DNA of 64,000 bases, taken from positions 124,001-188,000 of the forward strand of contig NIVC01001715.1 of the NCBI GenBank assembly GCA_002269645.1, read 5' to 3'. Shown here in pieces: positions 54,701 to 64,000 of the stretch (positions are counted from its first letter, which is position 1; every line of letters starts with the position of its first letter). A program made the position numbers and the translations under genes. The notes beneath the pieces are model-generated. The model ran no database searches, was not told the DNA's origin, and worked only from the letters and a program-made list of their open reading frames with translations. The DNA comes from Macrostomum lignano. Lineage: Eukaryota.

Positions 54701-55425
54701 CTCTGGTTGGAGAACAGCGTGACCGGGCTGCAGCTGAGGTTGCACACCTGAACCGGAATCTTGCCGCTCTCTGAAGACACCGCGAACACGCGGCCGGGCA
54801 GCACCCCGATGATTCTGTCGATGAATTCCTGTGACGGCTCGAAGATGCCATGTGCCTGCTTGGTCTCGGTCGTCACGTCCACCACTTTAACTGACCTTGG
54901 CGGTACCACGACGGCGCCCTGAACTCTGGCGATGATCACTGTGGGTACTAAGCAACAAGACAGCGGGCCATCTTGCTTGGAATCGCAGTTACTGAACGGA
55001 ACCGCCTCACCATCGAATGCGACTGTCTTGGCACCCTGGTCGATGCTAAACTGCGATCTGGCCGCCTTGCTCACGAAATCCATCCCCAGGATGAAGTTTG
55101 GGCGAATCCCTCTGACCACCAGCACGTCCATTTGTCTGCGCAGCTGATGACTGAGTCGCACCGTAATGCTCACGCTTCCTAACAGCTCGAGAACGGAGCC
55201 GTCCACGGACACAGGCCTGACATCTGCCGGCTTCAGCTCGCAGCGACCGTCCAGCTCTCTCAAAGCAACGTCGCTGATCAGCGAGGTCTGCGCTCCGGTG
55301 TCCAGCAGCCAGCGGCACGGCTTGCCGTTTGCCTCTCCAGGTATAAAAATAGCATGAAGCACGGGATTGCTCCTTGGGGTTGGTGTGGGTCCCGCACCCG
55401 TTGCACCAACCCTTAAAAGTTTCCC
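51771..55425 (-). CDS. Gypsy pol (PR-RT-RNaseH-IN), -1 frame to gag, two apparent 1-bp deletions near 53314 and 53280
   Basis: LLDTGA, PWASN, YIDD, CDSS..ALGAVLSQ, TDHKP, AH....GH...C..C, DIKGP, SDQGRQF, VERFNRTL, WSGPF. Confidence 0.93.
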
Positions 55426-56234
55426 GGAGCCTTCGATGGGCAGACAGAGGCCTTGTGCCCCCGCCCAGAGCACTTGTGGCAGATGATCGGACCCTGCTGT
55501 TTCTCTCGCTGCTGACACTGCGCTGCAGGGTGTCCGAGCTGGCCGCAGTTGAAGCAGCCGCCTCCTCGCTGTTGACGGCGACGCCGAGTGTCGGTACCCG
55601 ACTGTACGCTGACCCTCGCGATGAGCTCTTCCATGCGTTTCTCTAGTCGGTCCAGGCGGTCCTCGCTTGGTTCTGCCGATGATGTAGCGCTGACGGCTCC
55701 GACTGCCGCCACCGACCGTCGCCCAGCCAGCTCCTCCAGCCGAGCCGCCCGCTGCAGCAGAGTCTCCAGGCTGCAGGTCTCTGCGTCCTCTGCCTTAAGC
55801 AGGTTGTCACGAATGTCGGCCTTGAGCAGCTGCAGAAGCTTGAAGCGCACATCTCGGTCTCGCTGAGCAATTGAGTCCTCCGGTCTGGCTTTCTGGTGTA
55901 GCAGCTTCAGGTTGAAGCAGAGCTCACGCAGTGTCTCGGCATCTCCACGTTTTTTCGCGTAGAAGTCGCTCATGGCCTTAAAGCTGTCGGCTTCGCCTCC
56001 ATAAAACTTTGTGAGGTCCTCCTTTATACTTTTAAAACTCTTTTGTCTTGTCTCGGCCAGGTCCCAGACGACCAGTTGGGCTTCTCCCATGAGCAGCAGC
56101 TTCACCTTCGACGCTGAGGTCGCGTCGTCCCATTTCGCATCGTTGGCGAATTCCTCAAAGATGCGCAGCCACTTTCTCACGTCAGTGCCGTCTGTTCCAC
56201 TGAACTTTGGCGGTAGAAGGGTGTTCTTGGCCAT
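55413..56234 (-). CDS. Gypsy gag
   Basis: PPKFSG...W...FE; two CCHC knuckles, CFNCGQLGHPAAQC and CHKCSGRGHKASVC. Confidence 0.92.
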   Translation of the reverse strand: MAKNTLLPPKFSGTDGTDVRKWLRIFEEFANDAKWDDATSASKVKLLLMGEAQLVVWDLAETRQKSFKSIKEDLTKFYGGEADSFKAMSDFYAKKRGDAETLRELCFNLKLLHQKARPEDSIAQRDRDVRFKLLQLLKADIRDNLLKAEDAETCSLETLLQRAARLEELAGRRSVAAVGAVSATSSAEPSEDRLDRLEKRMEELIARVSVQSGTDTRRRRQQRGGGCFNCGQLGHPAAQCQQREKQQGPIICHKCSGRGHKASVCPSKAPGNF

Positions 56235-56256
56235 GAGTGCACTTGCACTGGGTTCT

Positions 56257-56267
56257 CGCTGCCACCA
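56257..56267 (-). promoter_or_regulatory. Primer-binding site TGGTGGCAGCG (tRNA-Leu-like)
   Basis: 1 nt inside the 5' LTR; complementary to CGCUGCCACCA, the 3' end of recalled tRNA-Leu species. Confidence 0.8.
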
Positions 56268-56268
56268 A

Positions 56269-56478
56269 TGTAAGAGCCGAGAATTTAGGGTTAGTTTACG
56301 ATGTATATTTTGATGCACGATAATTTACGAGCGATTAAATAGTCAGCGATGATATATCGATTAAAGTGACTCACCCAACTGGGGTGGTGGGCATGTACAG
56401 AGAAGAAAGCGAGATGCAAGTACATATACTAATATAGCAGCCCCCACCCCGACGGACCAAACCAAACGCAACCCTACA
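56269..56478 (-). repeat. 5' LTR
   Basis: 210 bp; no differences from 51453-51662 found by eye. Confidence 0.95.
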
Positions 56479-56705
56479 GTTGTTTGATAGGGGCGTTTGA
56501 TGGAGTTGTTTGATGAGGATGTTTGATGGGGACATTTGATGGAGATGTTTGATGGGGACGTTTGATGGAATTGTGTTTGATGGGGACGTTTGATGAGGAT
56601 TTTTGATGGGGACGTTTGATGGAGATGTTTGATGGGGACGTTTGGTGGGGATGTTTGATGGGGAAGTTTGATGTAGATATTTGGAGACGTTTGATGGAGA
56701 TGCTT
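56479..56705. repeat. gatgtttgatggg minisatellite, right part
   Basis: Same unit as 51190-51452. Confidence 0.9.
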
Positions 56706-56838
56706 GAGGGAGCTGTTTAGAGGGCTTAAGAGAGAATTTTCCGCTGTGTTGGCCTCTGTCAAAACGTGTCAATTATTGATGACAAATTAATGACAATTTT
56801 TGGTGACAAAACTTGTTTAAATAATATCCTTCTGTCAG

Positions 56839-57022
56839 GTGCGTCATCTGCATGGTGGACTACGTGGAAGGCGACCGGCTCCGCTCCCTGCCTTGCACGC
56901 ACACCTACCACAAGGACTGCATCGATGACTGGTTGATGCGATCCTTCGCCTGTCCGTCCTGCAACCAGCCAGTGGATGCCACCCTGCTAACCACATTTGC
57001 ATCTAGCGCGGCCAATCATTGA
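56839..57022 (+). CDS. RNF11: RNF11 exon 3 (RING-H2)
   Basis: CVICMVDY..GD.LR.LPC.H.YH.DCIDDWLMRSF.CPSC..PVDA.LL; cag acceptor, TGA at 57020-57022. Confidence 0.95.
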
Positions 57023-57182
57023 CTGTCCGGTTAGTGATAGCACTTGTTCAGCTTGGTTAATTTGCTAAATATCGCCTCGGATTTTAGAGCATCAAACAAT
57101 GGGTCCTGATTTTGTCAAGTATGAGCGTCGCCTTTTTGTTATAGATATTATCGCTCGTATTACTTAATACTGTTTCTAAATT

Positions 57183-57430
57183 GACACAGCACCATATTCA
57201 ACCGACACAGTAACATCCGAAACTGACACAGCATCATCCCTAACTGACACAGCATCATCCCTCACTGACACAGCATCATCCCTAACTGACACAGCATCAT
57301 CCCTCACTGACACAGCATCATCCCTAACTGACACAGCATCATCCCTCACTGATACAGCATCATCCCTAACTGACACAGCATCATCCCTAACTGACACAGC
57401 ATCATCCTTCACTGATACAGCATCATTCGC
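57183..57430. repeat. 21-bp minisatellite downstream of RNF11
   Basis: Unit ctgacacagcatcatccctaa. Confidence 0.95.
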
Positions 57431-57775
57431 AACTAAAACCGCATTATCATTGGATTATGGTAACTAAGCTGTTGCTATGCTGTTTTATGTTGCTCGATGG
57501 TCATTGAGTAGCTGATGATTAAAATACTGCTTCTAGGAATTCAAACATTTTGATAATAACTTTGTCTGAGAATCTGTTTTGCCATCTGCTTTTACAAGCA
57601 GCCGAGTCTGTTGTGTTGTAGATACTATAGTGGTATGTCTTTCAGTTTCCATGCCAACTAAAACTGCCGCTAGAAACCAGCTCGATTAAGAAAAAAATTA
57701 GTCTGTGTGCTATTTATCAACGATCTTTGTTTAAATCTGTGTAAATACTGTACTTTTAATTATGCTACTCTTTTG

Positions 57776-58068
57776 TTAGAGGCAGGGGGCTTTGTGCTCC
57801 ATTGTCACACAACCGGCGAGAGGCATCGCTGCCCATTCCGCCGACTCCCCTGAGCAGGCACACAAGCGCGCGGATACGTACGCAGTCATACGCACAGGCA
57901 CACACACACACACACAGGAGTGTACAGCGGCCCTAACTTTATTTATAGTTAGGCATGTACACTTCACTGTGCCTTGGGGGTTGGCCCTCAAGGACGTTAA
58001 CTGCACGAGCAGAGCCTGGGCCGCTGTCACATAAAGTACCGCGCCAGACCACTGGGATACGTCCCCCC
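57776..58068 (-). mobile_element. tRNA-derived SINE family 2, copy A (B-box region missing)
   Basis: About 200-bp body closely similar to 59096-59440. Confidence 0.7.
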
Positions 58069-59095
58069 ATATTATGATACTCTATAAAAGTACCTATTTT
58101 TACATGAAATTAAGGACGCGTCTGCAATTAAGAACTGTAATTAAGCTTTTTATTTTGTAAAAAATATCAATATTCTTTGTTAAAGCAGCTCTTTCATGGC
58201 TTTCTTTGTCCGCTGTGTGTGAGCAAGGCGCCACATCATTTACTTCACTTTTTCGACATAACAATTAAGTACACCAAGTCATTTTTGGCACTGTACAATC
58301 TGCGCATCACTTTGGTATCATTTTGCAAATACATATTCAGATTCAGATGTTTTATTAACTCTAACACATTTTGTCTAGTTGCTTTTTCTGTCAAGTCAGT
58401 TTGACACAAATCTATCTAGCAATTCGCATCGCATACTTTTTTAAGTAGGATACTCAAGATAGACGAGTGCGCGTGCGTCGCTTTTTTTGTGCGGCGCTTT
58501 TCACTTTATATTTTCGCCCTGATTTTTCCGCTTTAAATTGCTTTTCATCACGGTAGCTTAGCAATGACATTTCTCGTGTGTTTATTATAACAACTCACTA
58601 AATTTTCCTGTATGTTCTTTAATGTTTTTGAGCATGTGTAGATTTCTGTGTCCAAAAATGGCTGTTAATACATATATATATATATAGAGCATTTAGAAAC
58701 TCTTAAAAATTGAGGCGATATGTTTCGAAATCAATGTAAATTTTTGTTGAACTCAAAGTCAATTGAAAACGTGAAAATAATGTCTAGTCTAATCTATGAT
58801 GAACTTTGTCATGCAAACTGTACGAATGTATGAATATACCTTATCTGCTATTGTTAACATAATTTTCTCGTATTTCTTTGATTCACGCTATTACATGTTG
58901 TTTGATTGTCATTGAAAGTTAAAGTGTGAGTACTTGCACACTGTAAGGTAGACAGTGTGATGATATAGAATGCTTATTAATTTGGCCTTACGAGCGACTG
59001 AGTCAGCATTGTTAAAATAGAAATTGTTAAAATGGAAGCGGAAAGTTTTTTGTTATAAATTTAAATTTGAAGCGTCTTATCGTCGTTTTTGATTA

Positions 59096-59440
59096 TTAGA
59101 GGCAGGACTGTGTGCACCCCAGTGGCGCACTTTAAGCGACATTGTCACACAATTCTGCCTACTCCCCTGAGCAGGCACACAAGTGCGCGGATACGTACGC
59201 AGTCATACGCACAGGCACACACTCACACAGGAGTGTACAGCGGCCCTAACTGTATTTATCGTTAGGCATGTACACTTCACGGTGTGTCTTGGGGGTTGGC
59301 CCTCAAGGCCGTTAATTGCACGAGCAGAGCCAAGCTGAGATTCCAATTTAGTCCCAAATTAATGTGACTCATGCACTTGGAATCGAGCCTGGGCCGCTAC
59401 AGTACATCAGGCGCCGCGCTAAACCACTGGGCACGGCCCC
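59096..59440 (-). mobile_element. tRNA-derived SINE family 2, copy B
   Basis: Head ggggccgtgcccagtggtttagcgcgg...ggctcgattcc with A- and B-box-like motifs. Confidence 0.75.
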
Positions 59441-60014
59441 ATTGTTCCGACTCTAACGCGGCTCAATCAATGCGGTTTTCCTAATTGGAATCACGGAAGA
59501 CTTTTTATTGATTCTCAAAGAACTTCTTTTGCAAAAGAGTAAGCTTTTTCTTGTCATTTTCTGTCACAAAAATCTGACAAAAAGGACACACCCTAAGCAA
59601 GAGGTTGCAATACAGTCCTTACATTTGTTGTCATTAGCAACGCAACACAAACTTCAAACGTACCGGATTTCAAGCGATCTACATATCTTTTGCGACAAGA
59701 AGTATAATGGCTAACTGTGTGCATGCAAGTAAAGTTACAGGCAGATTGAGTTTCGTCACAGAACGATGAACAATTTTTAAGGGTATCGGCTTCCCAATCT
59801 GCCCATCGTGTAGGTAAAGATTACGAGCTGTACATTTAGGGCATGCTAAACGATGCAAGCAAGCATATTATGGCAACTTCTTGTTTGCCCTTAAATAAAA
59901 ACATTCTAAGCCTCAAGCCTCAACTCAAAGACTACACTAAAGTGGATTTATATGTTACTTCAGTCGTCCTTGTTTCAACTGAGCTTCTGTCATTACCAAA
60001 CCTCTTTGGTCCCC

Positions 60015-60815
60015 CCAGTGAGGCAGACACTGTGACTCTTCAGTGAGGCGTCACTGCAGACACTGCGGCTCTTCAGTGAGGCGTCGCTGCAGACACTGTG
60101 GCTCTTGAGTGAGGCGTCACTGCAGACACTGCGGCTCTTCAGTGAGGCGTCACTGCAGACACTGCGGCTCTTCAGTGAGGCGTCACTGCAGACACTGTGA
60201 CTCTTCAGTGAGGCGTCACTGCAGACACTGCGGCTCTTGAGTGAGGCGTCACTGCAGACACTGCGGCTCTTCAGTGAGGCGTCACTGCAGACACTGTGAC
60301 TCTTCAGTGAGGCGTCACTGCAGACACTGTGACTCTTGAGTGAGGCGTCACTGCAGACACTGCGGCTCTTGAGTGAGGCGTCACTGCAGACACTGCGGCT
60401 CTTGAGTGAGGCGTCACTGCAGACACTGCGGCTCTTCAGTGAGGCGTCGCTGCAGACACTGTGGCTCTTGAGTGAGGCGTCACTGCAGACACTGCGGCTC
60501 TTCAGTGAGGCGTCACTGCAGACACTGCGGCTCTTCAGTGAGGCGTCACTGCAGACACTGTGGCTCTTGAGTGACGCGTCACCATGCAGACACTGTGGCT
60601 CTTGAGTGACGCGTCACCATGCAGACACTGCGGCTCTTCAGTGAGGCGTCACTGCAGACACTGACTCTTCAGTGGGGCGTCACTCGATACACTGTGGCTC
60701 TTCAGTGAGGCGTCACTGCAGACACTGCGGCTCTTGAGTGACGCGTCACCATGCAGACACTGCGGCTCTTCAATGAGGCGTCACTGCAGACACTGTGACT
60801 CTTCAGTGAGGCACC
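60015..60815. repeat. 33-bp minisatellite with an internal hairpin
   Basis: Unit cagtgaggcgtcactgcagacactgcggctctt. Confidence 0.96.
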
Positions 60816-61914
60816 CCTGCTCTCGCAACTCTCAGCCTGTATTTCTGCCGCAGCTCGAAGCTGCAACCTTTTAACAGCAAGGTACACTAAAGCTCAGCTT
60901 GAGTTTCACGTGCTCACTGGTGCTGCAATAGCTAGATGCATTAGCTGTAGCAGCTGCAAGGTCAGGCAAAGCCAAGCATATAGCTCGAGCTAAAAGGTTC
61001 GACGACTTGCTTCGCGATATTCTGTTTGTTCTCTGCTTTTCTCGCCTTCGCTTGTTCTGCTTGTGTGCGCTCCGCGGTCCAGTACCAAAAAAGTCAACCG
61101 GACCTCGAAGTCAAGAGGGAAACTTGATACAAAGGAAAAAAACTGAGCAGTGCTGGGGAGGTTTGAAAAAACACGGATGGCTTGGCAGAGACTGCCAAAA
61201 TAAGCCACGATGAGGCACAAGCAGGTACTTGGCTGTAGGGTCTGGGGAAGGGGATTTAGCAGTGAACTCGAGACAGAACTGGATAGCTGAACGAGTTCGA
61301 TTCGAGCAGTATTCCTGGCTAAAGAAATTTCGGATCACCTTGCTATTATGTTGCCAAGGGGGAAGGGGAAGATTATACAATGGCTATGGGAGTTATTATC
61401 CTCTCATTTGGTTGTCCCGTGTTCATAGGGCTGATCGATGCCATCTAGCCCTCGAGGATGATGGAAGCCACGATAATAAGAAGTAATTAAGCTGTACTCG
61501 CAGCTCTGACAGTTCGACGTTCGTCTCTCTCAGTTTGCTTTGCTTGCCAGCATAAAAATAGAAGTCTTCAAATGTCATCTCTCTCCCTCGAATAAACAGT
61601 TATTATGAGTTTGGTGATATATAGAGATATTGAATTGCAATGATTTCATGCCATAATTGGGAAATGTTTCACTTCCTTTCAGCAAGACCTTAGTGCCTAT
61701 CGTCCCACGCTGTACGCTCATTATTCAGAGCTTCGAACTCATTGTTCAAGGCTACAAAAAATTCAAGAGACAAGGTGCTTTTGCATGTCGTTTTGTCATA
61801 GTCTTCATTCTTCAATTCGAGTTTCGAGTCGAGTTTTATCGAGCAGTCCGGCAATACCAAGAATCCAAAATTTCGATTTCAAAAATAAATTTCAGCCATT
61901 TTCATCAATTCTAG

Positions 61915-62405
<491 letters not shown>

Positions 62406-63129
62406 AATGCGAACTGACTTGGAGAGTAAATACGGAAGAGATTATGCTAAGCTACAATTAACCCAGTTGGATTGTACGAAGCTCCCACGCAAGAAGAATG
62501 CCTACGATCTGCTTGTCTGTTCGAGAGTCCTAATTTAGTCTCAACAGATAGAATTTCAGCTGAAGAAGAACGGCAAAGAGGTTAGTGATTGTAATTGCTG
62601 TCCCTCTCTACTCTGAATGCAGCTAACAGAGTTGTTCGTCCCGACTGTTTTGCTTTCAGCTAACTGTATAACTGCTGCACTGACTTGGGCGGAGCACAGA
62701 TGTCAGCTTTGCTTCAATACTTCTCTTGCTTGAGCCTTTCGGCTTTGGAGCTTATTGTTAAAACTTACTTAGATAATATTCTTGCGATAGTATATCTTGC
62801 CATCTGCGATCTTACAGTTAGTCTGATCTCTACGGCACAGACAGATTTTGCTCGACCGTTTAAATGTACTATCGATGCGTGAGTATATGCGTTTCTTACC
62901 GCGGCCAACCAGGCTCATTTCTAAGAAAGTCGAATTCAGCGTCCTTCTACTGTTCACTATGCACAGGTGTAGTTGACAAGTTGGCTTTTACTTGTATCAA
63001 ATATCTGCCGAGGCCTGGATATCATATTTTTCATCTGTCTCATTAGTGTGACCAGCCATGTCTTTGGTCATATTCAGTGATTTTATCAATATTTGAACCG
63101 GTTTAATATTATGTGAAAAAAATATGTGA

Positions 63130-63365
63130 ACAACTGCGAGAGGCTTTACGTTTCTCATTAACAACCACGAGGCTTCTCGTTTCTCATCAACAACCGCGAG
63201 AAGCTTCTCGTTTCTCATCAACAACCGCGATGCTTCTCGTTTCTCATCAGCAACTGCGAGGCTTCTCGTTTCTCATCAGCAACTGCGATGCTTCTCGTTT
63301 CTCATCAACAACCGCGATGCTTCTCGTTCCTCATCAACAACCGCGATGCTTCTCGTTTCACGTCA
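63130..63365. repeat. About 32-bp minisatellite
   Basis: gcttctcgtttctcatcaacaaccgcgat units. Confidence 0.9.
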
Positions 63366-64000
63366 ACAAAACATTAGCTACCCGTTTCACGTCAACAACA
63401 CAATGAGCGTCTTATACGAGCTATCTCATCAACAACAGCAATCTCGTCAACAAACCCAAGTGTTTATCCTCTCTAATCCACACACCTCAGCTCTCCCCTC
63501 TGTTACCGCGGCCGCTATAGATGACCTATCTCGAAGCTTGAAGCTGTGTGGTTTCTTGTCTAATTAATGACTTCGAGATTAACATTGCATATAGTTGCAA
63601 AGAAGAAACAGTCGACTAAAGTGACCAGTGTCAGCATGCATTTAGCCAAAACAGAATAATCAATAGACTGGGAATGCTTTCACAGACGCTGCTATCAATT
63701 TATATTTTGCATTTCGCTTCGATACCTTCCTGGACAATATGTTATGCTGACGAGTCAGTCTCTAATTTTTGTACCGGGTTGTTTGAGCTGGACAAAAGGA
63801 GCAGGAAACGGAGATCTGTACGTGTATCAAAAACACCGCACTGTCGGAGATGCGCAAAGGTTGAAATATTGAATTCTGTTTTTCAATAGGTGCAGTCGAC
63901 ACTGATTGAAACAAAAACACACAGAAAAATACGCGCCGAACTTTTTACAACAGTCAGTCAGCTTGTCAGATTATTTTGTAAGCCCTGGCTTTTACTTGTC

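Larger units (their letters stand above)
51453..56478 (-). mobile_element. Full-length Ty3/Gypsy LTR retrotransposon (5026 bp), antisense within RNF11 intron 2
   Basis: TG...CA LTRs of 210 bp, 4-bp TSD GTTG, PBS, PPT, domain order gag-PR-RT-RH-IN; no env or chromodomain seen. Confidence 0.97.

Noticed and set aside
51731-56313. Plus-strand ORFs within the Gypsy element, and alternative-frame ORFs within the LINE
   Set aside because: Shadow ORFs of GC-rich coding sequence with no recognisable motifs.
60015-60815. CRISPR-like palindromic repeat array
   Set aside because: No unique spacers, no cas genes, eukaryotic context.
61229-61430. Possible decayed LINE endonuclease fragment (KEISDHLAI-like)
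   Set aside because: A single short motif amid stops and frame changes; cannot be supported without tBLASTn.

Overview
Animal (metazoan) genomic DNA with spliceosomal introns. The compact conserved exons, minisatellite-filled introns and GC-rich retroelements in AT-rich DNA resemble a free-living flatworm such as Macrostomum; this is an inference, not confirmed. I reconstructed eight protein genes by hand from GT-AG junctions and reading-frame continuity. Seven are consecutive on the minus strand: SMARCB1, TRPC4AP, vezatin, STAM, MPV17, mitochondrial LARS2 and CLEC16A (which runs off the left edge). RNF11 is on the plus strand, head-to-head with SMARCB1. SMARCB1 intron 1 holds a full-length I-group (LOA/R1-like) LINE, a hAT-type MITE and a small TIR element carrying a 28S rRNA R2-target-site fragment. 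RNF11 intron 2 holds a full-length Ty3/Gypsy element with apparently identical LTRs. The window also has two tRNA-derived SINE families, two long fold-back structures in consecutive intergenic spacers and more than 25 distinct tandem arrays. Most ORFs in the supplied track are repeat artefacts. All identifications rest on recalled protein and repeat motifs; no searches were run.
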